Shown here: positions 36,581-47,368 of the stretch, piece by piece
Position numbering within the stretch: the first letter of the stretch is position 1
Layout: each line of letters begins with the position of its first letter
DNA from: Oculina patagonica
Taxonomy: Eukaryota
Direction: 5' to 3'
Assembly: GCF_052425735.1 (NCBI RefSeq)
Contig: NC_135758.1
Coordinates: 1,054,001-1,118,000, forward strand
Length of the DNA: 64,000 bases
The notes under the pieces: model-generated
Told to the model about the DNA's origin: nothing
The model's database searches: none
What the model saw: the letters and a program-made list of their open reading frames with translations, nothing else
Position numbers and translations under genes: made by a program

Positions 36581-36596
36581 GGCTCCTTTAGGAGCC
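36581..36596 (+). promoter_or_regulatory. Histone 3' stem-loop (H4)
   Basis: CAAAC-GGCTCC-TTTA-GGAGCC-ACCA. Confidence 0.95.
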
Positions 36597-37432
36597 ACCA
36601 AATCTCTCAAAAGTCTTGATCAATAAATGTTTCTTTATGAACTCAGATACATGTAGTAACGTCAGACAGAATAAATAGACTTTTTCAATAGTTCAAGTCC
36701 ATGCTCTTTGCGCAATCGGAAATAAAATTGCTTCAAGGCTTACTTTCCCCAAAATGTGGGAGCTTTTCGATCATCTTTCCATCAAAGATCGGGTGAAGTT
36801 CTAGTGCTTTTGTATTCTTCCGAGGTTTTGAGCTGCCGCGATTTCGCGCGCGCTTTATCACAATACCTTCTCTTCGCATGCGGCTAGGGAAAATCGAGTC
36901 TTCGCATTTAACATTATAGCTATGCATAAGACAAAAGCACTCGTAAGAAATCCCACAGACTATGTGAGCTGAATTACGACCCATTTTCTTCTATAGGAAA
37001 CGGGTAGTACGAGTGCGCAACTGTGAAAACAAAGGATGCGAAGTCGAATTTTGGCGCACTTTCGCTAATGGAAGCGCGCGCGTAATTATGCGTTTGCAAA
37101 CAAAAGGACTGGTTGATTACTTTCTAAATTTGCATCTTTAAAACTACAATTTCATAAAGGAATAAGGCTACGCTTTTTGACTGCGTTTTATAACTGAAAA
37201 TATACTTGGCTGCTTCAAATCCTTTTTAGTCTCGGCGCGTGCTAAAGAGTAGAGTTTTGGCCATTTCTTTCGCGGAAATCTTTTCGATTCACGCGGTTCA
37301 AATTTCGCGCGCGCGTTTTTTTGGCGGAATTTTATAACTGAAAATAAGTTAACTAATAATCACTCTAGTATTTTGCAAGGGTATGTAAAATATTTAAGAA
37401 AATTGCTGGTCATGACTTTTATAATATTTGGT

Positions 37433-37448
37433 GGCTCCTAAAGGAGCC
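37433..37448 (-). promoter_or_regulatory. Histone 3' stem-loop (H2A)
   Basis: Minus strand AAAAC-GGCTCC-TTTA-GGAGCC-ACCA. Confidence 0.95.
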
Positions 37449-37469
37449 GTTTTTATGGTTCAAAGCTCT

Positions 37470-37850
37470 TTAAGCTTTGGCTTTCTTCTCGGTCTTCTTG
37501 GGCAGAAGTACAGCCTGGATGTTAGGAAGAACACCTCCCTGTGCGATGGTGACGCCGGCGAGCAGTTTGTTCAACTCCTCGTCATTACGGACAGCCAGCT
37601 GAAGGTGACGGGGGATGATTCTTGTCTTCTTGTTGTCACGAGCGGCGTTGCCCGCCAACTCGAGGATCTCAGCGCTCAAATACTCGAGCACCGCAGCCAA
37701 GTACACTGGAGCACCGGCGCCAACACGCTCACCGTAGTTGCCTTTACGGAGAAGACGGTGGATACGACCAACTGGGAACTGAAGCCCTGCTCGGGATGAG
37801 CGGGTCTTGGACTTGGTTCCCTTTGCTTTTCCTTTACCGCGACCAGACAT
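37470..37850 (-). CDS. H2A: Histone H2A (ORF intact, promoter split by a transposon)
   Basis: True start is MSGRGKGK at 37850 (the ORF track's extension to 37907 runs into the transposon end); [16 protein letters not shown]; carries GNYGERV where GNYAERV/GNYSERV is usual. Confidence 0.96.
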   Translation of the reverse strand: MSGRGKGKAKGTKSKTRSSRAGLQFPVGRIHRLLRKGNYGERVGAGAPVYLAAVLEYLSAEILELAGNAARDNKKTRIIPRHLQLAVRNDEELNKLLAGVTIAQGGVLPNIQAVLLPKKTEKKAKA

Positions 37851-38604
37851 GATTGAAAACGACTCACGAAGACAAATTCTTAGAGATTGAAATACATTAA
37901 GTGTCATTGTCAGAGTAAACCAGGCAATGCCAAAAGATGGGGGTCAGCCGATTTCCCTCATATTTTCAGCATTTAAAACCTATCAGATAAGATTAAGATT
38001 GGTGGCATTTAAATGATTTTCTGCCTTTTCAATCTTGAGATTGACCACCCCCCTAGTTTTTGACACAGAAAGTGCCAAAAATCCTCATAAAAAAGGCCAA
38101 ATTCTCAGTACAGGAAACAGATCTTCCTTTTGCATTTCGTGCACAAAACTTTTTCTCAAAGTAAATTAACTGGTTGTTGATGTTTTACATGCTTAGAAAC
38201 AACTTTCCAGTTCAACTGTAATTTTTACCATATTTTCTAAACTAGGTAGGTAGCTTGTGTCTTGCCACAGAGTGAATTTGGGGGATTTTCAAATTCAATT
38301 TTTTCAAAAGTGCGATAGTTTATTTTTTATTAAAAGCCATTTTATAACAGTCCATACCCTTCTTATTCGAAAACAAGAATTTATTGATTGTCACAATAAA
38401 TTCTTTCTCCACGAATTTAGTTCAAAAATGGCTCTGATCGCTCTTATGGCTATTTTCCCGCCAAAATTAAATCACACTAAAATATCACATAACGTCTATA
38501 CAATTATATTTTGAAATGAAATAGTTGTATTTTAATTCATTGAAAGGAGTAGAAACTTCAGTAAATGTTTTAATAATTGATTTCGAATTAACTATGTTAA
38601 TTAA

Positions 38605-39173
38605 CCCTCGGACGTACAAGGGGGGGGGGGGAGGGTGGATGCCACCCCCCATGAGGTTTTTTCTAAATTTTGAAAAAACGATTTACTCTACAATGCTGAA
38701 ACTTTCATTAGCTGTTCATTCATCCTTTGCGGAAATTTTGATATGTCAACGTGTGTCCGTGGTGTGTGACGTTGCCATGGCAACGTCATAAATACAAGCA
38801 GGTCTTGCCAAAAATCGTCATTTTTACCATTTTTCTTAATTTTTTTCCAGTTTTTTAAAACAGAAGTGCAAGATGTGTTTATTTTTACATTCCGTAAGCA
38901 TTCTGGCTTGATTTTGCATCAATTTCCGTTATTTTCTGACTTTCTAAGAAAATGTTGAAATCCAAGATGGCGGATCCAAGATGGCGGCTCTAATGACGTC
39001 ACAGCCAATTAAAATTATGTCATCTTATAGAGTACGCTGAGGGCTTTCTTCCAAGTTCAAAATAATTTCGCTACGCCTTAATATAACGAAAACTCCGTGG
39101 AAGGGTTCCATCCACCCCCCCCCCCCCCCCTTGTACGATGGTGGGGGTGTGAGTTGGCTTGTACGTCCGAGGG
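38605..39173. mobile_element. piggyBac-like MITE nested in the left arm
   Basis: TTAA|CCCTCGGACGTACAAG ... CTTGTACGTCCGAGGG|TTAA. Confidence 0.88.
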
Positions 39174-40324
39174 TTAAAGTAATAGATACCGCAGTCCGTG
39201 CATAAATTCATGGTGTATTTCCTGCGAAAACTAAGTCGTATTACGTAAGCATTGCTTCGATTTTCATAGTTTAGTTTGGTATGTCTTAAAAGCAAGATTA
39301 TAAACGTAATATATAAGGCGGTCTTTGTAGTAATGATCCAAGGTACCAAAGAAAGAAACCACGAGTCGAGACGTTATTTCTCACGTTCGACACGGAATTT
39401 TGTCAGTTTCAATTCATACTATCACGTTTCATTCGGGACAAACACTCTTATATAAAGTATGAATTGTTCGTTAGCTTCACAAGAATCACCTTGAAGTCTT
39501 CTCGAATATAGTACAACTGTTCTACCGTTAGATGCTTGTAAACAAGATGTTACAGTTCGCTTACTACTCTACTACTCGAGGTCTTGTTGTGAGTGGCAAG
39601 CGAGGATGGCGATCTCGAAGTTCAGAAATCACTGAGGGAGCTTTCTTCATTCAGTTCAGGTCACTTTGACTTATCCGTAGATAGAGTGGCAGGTATGAGC
39701 ATCTGTCCAGAACACTAAAAGAGAAGTAACAGGCGACTGCATGCGACTGGCGACCTTGAAAAAATACCTGTTGTTATCACTGCACAAAGATCAATGCAAA
39801 CAGATTAATGACCCACGCCGTGTTTGCATGACCTTTGTAATGTATGCAACACTGTCACGCTGGTTGTAATTCGAGCTCCTCTCTTTTCAAGTTAGTCTTT
39901 AGTTCTTTTCATACCAAAACAGACACAAACACGCATACAAGACCCAAGTAGACGTACACAGGTAGAAGTTTAGCTGAGCAATTTTTATGCTAGAATCGTT
40001 AGTAATAGGAAGCATTTTTTCCTTATACCATTGCTTATACAATCTGGCTATAGAGCAACTGTTATCGTAACACTCTTGATGAAATTGTGTGCTAATTATT
40101 TAATGTACTCTCATTTGACCAATAAACGCACAAATCTCTGTTTTGGATATATGTTGTTGAGGACTGTATTCTCGTTTTTATCACTTAAGACGACTGTAAT
40201 CCCAACACCCATCTAAATTTGCACAAAAGCACAACGTTCAGCAATATGGCCCATAAAGTTCATAAATCTGAGCTTTCATTTCCTATAATAAAATAACAAT
40301 CATAGATCATGGGGCACCTGTGGA

Positions 40325-40362
40325 GATAATGATGATAATGTTGTTGTTGTTGTTGTTGTTGT

Positions 40363-40394
<32 letters not shown>

Positions 40395-40420
40395 GTGGGG
40401 GTGGCGGTGGTGATGATGAT
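40325..40420. repeat. Compound (GAT)n/(GTT)n/(GGT)n microsatellite in the transposon core
   Basis: gataatgatgat..gttgttgtt..gatgatgat..ggtggcggtggt. Confidence 0.9.
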
Positions 40421-40768
40421 TGCATTTTGAAGACGAAAAGCCTCGATTATTCAGTAAAAAGTCATATTTTTCTTCAATTATTTGGAGCTATATTGTTTTC
40501 CCACGCCGTGACACGCTTCAATGATGCTGTCTCATCTCGGGTAGAAGGGTTGTGAACGTGAGAAATAACGTCTCGACTCGTGGTTTCTTTCTTTGGTACC
40601 TTGGATCATTACTACAAAGACCGCCTTATATATTACGTTTATAATCTCGCTTTTAAGACATACCAAACTAAACTATGAAAATCGAAGCAATACTTACGTG
40701 ATACGACTTAGTTTTCGCAGGAAATACACCATGAATTTATGCACGGACTGCGGTATCTATTACTTTAA

Positions 40769-41348
40769 CCCTCGGACGTACAAGCCAACTCACACCCCCA
40801 CCATCGTACAAGGGGGGGGGGGGGGGGGGGGTGGATGGAACCCCTCCACGGAGTTTTCGTTATATTAAGGCGTAGCGAAATTATTTTGAACTTGGAAGAA
40901 AGCCCTCAGCGTACTCTATAAGATGACATAATTTTAATTGGCTGTGACGTCATTAGAGCCGCCATCTTGGATCCGCCATCTTGGATTTCAACATTTTCTT
41001 AGAAAGTCAGAAAATAACGGGAATTGATGCAAAATCAAGCCAGAATGCTTACGGAATGTAAAAATAAACACATCTTGCACTTCTGTTTTAAAAAACTGGA
41101 AAAAAAATTAAGAAAAATGGTAAAAATGACGATTTTTGGCAAGACCTGCTTGTATTTATGACGTTGCCATGGCAACGTCACACACCACGGACACACGTTG
41201 ACATATCAAAATTTCCGCAAAGGATGAATGAACAGCTAATGAAAGTTTCAGCATTGTAGAGTAAATCGTTTTTTTTTCAAAATTTAGAAAAAACCTCATG
41301 GGGGGTGGCATCCACCCTCTCCCCCCCCCCCCCTTGTACGTCCGAGGG
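40769..41348. mobile_element. piggyBac-like MITE nested in the right arm (inverted twin of 38605-39173)
   Basis: TTAA|CCCTCGGACGTACAAG ... CTTGTACGTCCGAGGG|TTAA at the mirror position. Confidence 0.88.
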
Positions 41349-42056
41349 TTAATTAACATAGTTAATTCGAAATCGATTATTAACACATTTAATGAAGTTT
41401 CTACTCCTTTCAATGAATTAAAATACAACTATTTCATTTCAAAATATAATTGTATCGATGTTATGTGATATTTTAGTGTGATTTAATTTTGGCGGGAAAA
41501 TAGCCATAAGAGCGATCAGAGCCATTTTTGAACTAAATTCGTGGAGAAAGAATTTATTGTGCCAATCAATAAATTCTTGTTTTCGAATAAGAAGGGTATG
41601 GACTGTTATAAAATGGCTTTTAATAAAAAATAAACTATCGCACTTTTGAAAAAATTGAATTTGAAAATCCCCCAAATTCACTCTGTGGCAAGACACAAGC
41701 TACCTACCTAGTTTAGAAAATATGGTAAAAATTACAGTTGAACTGGAAAGTTGTTTCTAAGCATGCAAAACATCAACAACCAGTTAATTTACTTTGAGAA
41801 AAAGTTTTGTGCGCGAAATGCAAAAGCAAGATCTGTTTCCTGTACTGAGAATTTGGCCTTTTTTATGAGGATTTTTGGCACTTTCTGTGCCAAAAACTAG
41901 GGGGGTGGTCAATCTCAAGATTGAAAAGGCAGAAAATCATTTAAATGCCACCAATCTTAATCTCATCTGATAGGTTTTAAATGCTGAAAATATGAGGGAA
42001 ATCGGCTGACCCCCATCTTTTGGCATTGCCTGGTTTACTCTGACAATGACACTTAA

Positions 42057-42300
42057 TGCGCCCCGAATTATATTTGCCGTTATTCAAGTAGAGAGGATCG
42101 AAATACGCCAATCAGAACTTTGCATTTGATAACATAAGACAAAGACCTCATGGGGTATAAACAAAGCGCATGCAAAATAATGACCTCGAAGGTCAGTTAT
42201 GCTAGGATAACCAATCAGTAATCGAGGATTTCGATCCGTATGGTAATTGATCTTTTCTAAATTTTATTATAAATACAGGATGTACCGTCCGTCCTTCAAA
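42057..42300. promoter_or_regulatory. Bidirectional H2A/H2B promoter, now adjacent only to H2B
   Basis: Minus-strand AAATATAA 42068-75 with TTTCGATCC (minus) 42095-103; plus-strand TTTCGATCC 42229-37 with TATAAATA 42268-75; CCAAT at 42108-12 and 42211-15. Confidence 0.75.
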
Positions 42301-42319
42301 TCCATTCTGATCTACAGAC

Positions 42320-42691
42320 ATGGCACCCAAAGTTGCAGGAAAGAAAGGCGAGAAGAAAGCTGGTAAGGCAAAGCCCTCGGCTGAGGGAAAGAAGAAGAGA
42401 AGGGGAAAGAGAAAGGAAAGTTATGCTATCTACATCTACAAGGTGTTGAAACAAGTTCACCCTGACACTGGTATCTCCAGCAAAGCCATGGGCATCATGA
42501 ACTCGTTCGTCAACGACATCTTCGAGCGCATCGCTACCGAAGCCTCCCGACTTGCCCACTACAACAAGAAATCGACCATCAGCTCCCGCGAGATCCAGAC
42601 CGCCATCAGGCTGCTTCTGCCCGGTGAACTGGCCAAACACGCCGTCAGTGAAGGAACCAAGGCTGTGACCAAGTACACCAGCAGCAAGTAA
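42320..42691 (+). CDS. H2B: Histone H2B
   Basis: [40 protein letters not shown]. Confidence 0.99.
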   Translation: MAPKVAGKKGEKKAGKAKPSAEGKKKRRGKRKESYAIYIYKVLKQVHPDTGISSKAMGIMNSFVNDIFERIATEASRLAHYNKKSTISSREIQTAIRLLLPGELAKHAVSEGTKAVTKYTSSK

Positions 42692-42723
42692 ACTCACTTT
42701 GTGGGTTTCCCGCCAAAACAAAC

Positions 42724-42739
42724 GGCTCCTTTAGGAGCC
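42724..42739 (+). promoter_or_regulatory. Histone 3' stem-loop (H2B)
   Basis: CAAAC-GGCTCC-TTTA-GGAGCC-ACCA. Confidence 0.95.
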
Positions 42740-42898
42740 ACCAAATGTTACAAAAGTCTATGACCAACAGTATCTCCTTTGTCGTCAGATCTAAAGTGCA
42801 TATGAAGTAATTTTTTTTGCTGCTTAGGCTTTTAGAAATAAAGAAGAATCTGTCTCCGTTTTGACACAGTTAGTCTAACTATGGTTTTAAAATATCTT

Positions 42899-42978
42899 AA
42901 GCCTGCGTAGCAGGCGTCGAAAGGGGAGGGAGGGGGAGTTAGGAAGAGAGAGGGAAATTACGCCTGCCACGCAGGCTA
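42899..42978. mobile_element. 80-bp MITE, AGCCTGCGT..ACGCAGGCTA termini, about 9-bp TSD (AcademH-like)
   Basis: AAATATCTT at 42890-98 and 42979-87; GCCTGCGTAGCAGGCGT / ACGCCTGCCACGCAGGC inverted arms. Confidence 0.7.
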
Positions 42979-43033
42979 AAATATCTTTTGATATTCACGT
43001 TTTTGTTATGCAAATGTGCAAAGTGATTTAAGA

Positions 43034-44246
43034 TACCGTTATTCTTACTACCGGTAATTTCTGCGCGTACATAATTTCGCGAACATTCAGGAGCTGAATT
43101 TCGCGAGAATTAATTTTCGCCATTGCAAGAAGAATTATAGCCTGCGTTGCTGTTCGTCTGCGACGCAGGCTAGAAGAATTAGAGCAAAAGAGCTCTCTCC
43201 TCCGCAGAGGACTCTCTCGTGTTCCGCACGGGCTAGGGAATGGGAGAGGTGAAAAGTAATGTATGTCTGTTCAAATTCCCCACTATGTGGGCCAGTTGCA
43301 CGGTCAAATGCGCCACCAGTCGGGGCCGGGGCTGAAATGTCATTGTGAGTCGGTTTTCTCGTTAAATTGCGGCCCTATTTATCAGCCAATTTTAGTAGGA
43401 AAAGATAGATACATTGAAACTAGGTACTTTACTGTGGAATATTACATTAGCGTAACCAAAAACCCATAAGTTTCTGGCGTAGCCAAATACTAACTTGTGG
43501 AGGGGGACAGAGGGGCGGGAGCCCGGGAGAAAAGGGGCGGGAAGCGGGAGGAGAGAGGGCGGGAAGCGGGTTTCTTAAGGTGGCGGGAACTAGGAGAAAA
43601 CGAGTAAAATTTCGTAACATTTTGAATTTCGCAATGGACATGAGCTGACATGTAACAAACAAGAGAGAACAGCTACGAAAAGGGGCAAGAGGCGGGAGTA
43701 AAAGGTACGGGAGGCGGGAGGTTCATCAGACCCCCCTAGACCTGCCCCCCCCCCCCCCCCCCCTAACTTCACGTGCTTGAGCTCGCTAGCGTTTTATAGT
43801 TTATGACACATTTTGTCAACGGTCAAATGCCCGACCATCCGGGCTTCTGTTCGATCAAATTCCCCACTATCTGGGCCTCAGTAGCGGTCAAATACCCGGG
43901 GGTTGCCGGGGGGGGGGGGGGCGATCTCGCTTAGAATTGACTGATACATAAGCGCGCGGAACCTGTTTTTTTCGCGTGTTTTTCGCCTTCATCCACTAAA
44001 GGAGCGTCAAAGACTACTGAAAATATACGAAGGTCTGGCTCAATGTAACTACAAGGAGCCCGCAATAATCGGAGGGAGGGTGTTAGTCGAGAGCAAGACA
44101 GAAAGATATTTTCAAGGGTAGATAGTTGCAGTTCCAAACATTTAATATTTTTATTGTTTTGACATATAATATGGTATTAATTTTCGCGTGTTTAAATTTC
44201 GCGCGTATTAATTTTCGCGAAAATTGGTAAGAATAAGTATAAGGTA
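43034..44246. mobile_element. Composite of nested, degraded MITEs (AATTTTCGCG-rich outer element with G-rich inner elements)
   Basis: Imperfect outer TIR TACCGTTATTCTTAC / GTAAGAATAAGTATAAGGTA; repeated TTCAAATTCCCCACTAT; GGCGGGA-rich block 43497-43765. Confidence 0.45.
43138..43172. mobile_element. 35-bp minimal element of the same TAGCCTGCGT family with 9-bp TSD
   Basis: GAAGAATTA|TAGCCTGCGT..ACGCAGGCTA|GAAGAATTA. Confidence 0.75.
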
Positions 44247-46096
44247 ACAAAATTAGGATAAATAAGAGTGATATTCGACAGTGACCTTCCTCAAAGATGC
44301 ACTCATGATATAACCATGACAACACTCTTGGGTCCAGTCTCTTTCAACTCTCTTTCAAACTAACCTTGCTATTTTTTTTATTTTATTATTTTTATGTTTT
44401 CGAAACACGGTATTCATTCGCACAAATCAGCAAACCTCGAAACAGCAAGTATTATAACAAAGCTAAAGAAAATTTAATAGTACGAAGGCCTTAGTTCACC
44501 AAATTTATCAAGTTTTTATGAAGTTTATTTTTCTATCGAGTTGAGTCTTGCAAAAATTGTAAAGAGACACACAACCAGTTGTTGCCAAGTTTTTGTGGTA
44601 AACTAGAAATGGCCCTGATGTCTGCCACTTATTTTAGCTGAGACATTTTGCTAAAGGATTGAATTAAGAAAAAATTGAAAAATTTGATCTTCGTTTTAAG
44701 ATTTAATTTTTGAGAAATTCTTATCTAGCCCCGCCTCTACCTATGCGTTCTACCTCAAACAAAATGAACCTTTGAAAGTTAGCCTGGTCAGTTATTATAC
44801 AGCAGAAATAAACCAACAAAACTGTTCGCATTTGTTTTGTGATGGTCGATTTTAAGGTTTGAGAATTTTACCTTAATTTATTTACAATAATTTTTTTTGG
44901 TTTGATTTCTATCAACATTTAAAAATCTGGTATTTTCAACATTTGTGTGACGTTATTTCCATTCATGTGATATCTTTATCTGTTTTATAAAATATTGAAA
45001 TATTATTGGCAATGTGAAAGGGTATATATCTAGGAGAAACAAATTATTCCCAATGCAAGAAAAGTACTGATATTTAATCGATTGACGTGGATCTGCACTT
45101 AGCTGGGTTCAGAAACAAATTGAAATATTCTTTTCCAGCTATTTCATTAAAATTTAAAACAAAATATTTCTGACAAATTTTGTGAATTACAATAAACCTT
45201 TTAAAAATAAAAAAAAAATAAAAACAGGTGCATTAAAAGGATTTGTCTGAAATGGAAAATTGAAAAAAAAAATATTTGAAATCCCTTAACCGAGGAGAAA
45301 ATACATAATAATTTTTCCTAGTTGCTTTCTTCTTTTCTTCTTGAGCTAACAAATAGTCATTTAAAATTTGAACCTTGGCAGCTCGTTTGTAATAATTCTA
45401 AAGACTTGTGAAATTTATCACTAGTTATGACTAAGGCTAGGGAAAAAGAATACATACAATCAGAAGTTTTTCACGAATCATTTAAAAATTTAATTCGAAT
45501 TACCTTCTTCAAGATTGGTGAAAACCCTAAAAGAAAAACAATCTTTACAAGTATTAAAAATGTATCGCAAACGTAATTTTATAGAATTGGAAAATATTTC
45601 TTTCTGAGCAATTTTTGCAGGAACGAAATCTTTTCCTTATTTCAATAACATGCGATTTATTTCTCAGCAAGAAACATTTAAAGTGGTCCTAATAAAATCG
45701 CACCGCACTCAAATACCGCATCTACCGACATGTTATAAAAAATTAATTCCGAAAAATTCGTTTCAGTATTGATCAACAAACTTCATAAATTTTCAATGTT
45801 GAATTTATCTTGAAATCTATATGCCAGCCAAACAGATTCTGTTCTGCGTTAATGTTGTTGTTTTTTTCTCTCTTTTGCGAGACCCAAAGCAATAATAGAC
45901 GAGAATTTCTCCAATTGCTTTACGCGCAAGTAAAATATAATATTCATTTGCAACACAATGACATTTCCCGAGGTTCTGTGTAGGCTGAGAGGCAGGTGCT
46001 TTTTTGGAACCATACTGGTCTGCTCTTCAACATGACAACATATTTAACAATCGTACCTCGTTAGAATAAACTTGGCAAAGGACGACGTTTTCGCGT

Positions 46097-47368
46097 ATGA
46101 AGAAAGCGGTATATTCAGTGATAGCATTCTTGAAAAAGAAAAAGGAAGATTTTGCGCTTCTACGGGATTCAACGCCTGCAAATTCTGAAGCACCCCTTGA
46201 TCAAGCCGAACCAAAAGATGAAGATGAATTTGCAGTTATTAGGTTGTGCACACGATGTGTTTTGGTTTACGAAAACAAAACATGGAGCGAATGTGTGCTA
46301 CAACGTTTATTACAACAGCGTCGCGCAGCCATCGTGCCGAATACGACGAAGATTAAACCCACAGTGGAAAATACCATAAATACTCGATCTTCGGATCATT
46401 CTCACGGAAATCTTTGGCAAGGATTTCTCAATGGAAACCGCGATCAAACTTCAGCGTGGCTGACCTTGGTTTGGGAGCATGTTATGCAAAGAGGAGCGAA
46501 CGCGTCGTTCGAGCAAAACTTTGGACCGCACTACCCCTCCTTTGTATGGCTGCGAAACTGTGAAGAAACGAACGCGGTTCGAAATATCTACGAGGATGAA
46601 GATTACATACTGATAAATCTACGATTAGATGTATTCTCATTTGCAAATTCCCAGCTTCCGGGTCCTGATATTGCTGCGGAATCAAATATGGAAATATGGG
46701 CTCTTGCGAAGAAATTCCCTAAGCTGGAAATTACCTTAGAGATTGATGAAGAGCTGGTTATTGGCTACCTCGATGATATTTTTGACGTTGCATTTTTTAA
46801 TATTCCTTTTTTCTCCAAGGAAAGACAGGCAAAAATGGACGCAATTTTTCGAGCCATTGACGAGCTCCTAGACATCAGCGCCCACGTTATCAAGGCCAGC
46901 GGTCAATCCCCTGACAGTGCGATTACGGTAAAGGAAGTCATCATCGAGACAGCGACTGTGGTGACGTCAACAGCAGCGGAAAGCACGGCAACGGTTGGCA
47001 TAGAAACGGCGGCGATGGCGTTAGGCCAAGCTGCAGCCGGCATAGCGATATCTGTATTGGTTGACATCGCTCTTACCGCAGGCAGTGTCACGCGATCCAA
47101 GTTACAGCGTGACAAAGGCTTGATCACAAATTCGCAGTTTAAATCCACCGTCAGGCGAAAGTTGTGTGACTCGGGGTGCCAGTTTATCGGAGGCACCACG
47201 GGGACCATTGTGGGGCAGGTGCTCATACCGGTTCCTGTAGTAGGGGCCATGGTTGGGGGCTTCTTTGGGAGTTTAATCGGGGTTGGGGTCAGCAAGGGAA
47301 TTATAAAAACTTCAGAACTAATTGCTAAGGCACAAAATGCAAGAGCTAAAGCGATCACTGACAAATAG
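46097..47368 (+). CDS. Uncharacterised 423-aa protein with C-terminal Ala/Thr-rich hydrophobic helices and glycine zipper
   Basis: Long uninterrupted ORF with a GC rise relative to the AT-rich flanks; C-terminal GGTTGTIVGQVLIPVPVVGAMVGGFFGSLIGVG (GxxxG repeats). No family recognised. Confidence 0.8.
   Translation: MKKAVYSVIAFLKKKKEDFALLRDSTPANSEAPLDQAEPKDEDEFAVIRLCTRCVLVYENKTWSECVLQRLLQQRRAAIVPNTTKIKPTVENTINTRSSDHSHGNLWQGFLNGNRDQTSAWLTLVWEHVMQRGANASFEQNFGPHYPSFVWLRNCEETNAVRNIYEDEDYILINLRLDVFSFANSQLPGPDIAAESNMEIWALAKKFPKLEITLEIDEELVIGYLDDIFDVAFFNIPFFSKERQAKMDAIFRAIDELLDISAHVIKASGQSPDSAITVKEVIIETATVVTSTAAESTATVGIETAAMALGQAAAGIAISVLVDIALTAGSVTRSKLQRDKGLITNSQFKSTVRRKLCDSGCQFIGGTTGTIVGQVLIPVPVVGAMVGGFFGSLIGVGVSKGIIKTSELIAKAQNARAKAITDK

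Larger units (their letters stand above)
37901..42052. mobile_element. 4.15-kb non-autonomous DNA transposon with about 1.5-kb terminal inverted repeats and TTAA target duplication (Sola3-like is the best guess)
   Basis: TTAA at 37897-900 and 42053-56; termini GTGTCATTGTCAGAGTAAACC / GGTTTACTCTGACAATGACAC; arms 37901-39388 and 40554-42052 are reverse complements (mirror-image ORFs in the track); unique core 39389-40553 has no intact transposase. Confidence 0.92.

Noticed and set aside
37851-37907. 19-aa N-terminal extension of H2A in the ORF track
   Set aside because: The upstream ATG lies inside the transposon terminus; the canonical start is MSGRGK at 37850.
38257-41696. Pairs of near-identical 85-92 aa ORFs on opposite strands
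   Set aside because: They arise from the inverted arms of the transposon, cross homopolymer runs and MITE boundaries, and resemble no protein.
44486-45440. Possible AT-rich MITE with GCCTTAGT..ACTAAGGC ends
   Set aside because: The inverted match is only about 8 bp and no clear TSD was found.
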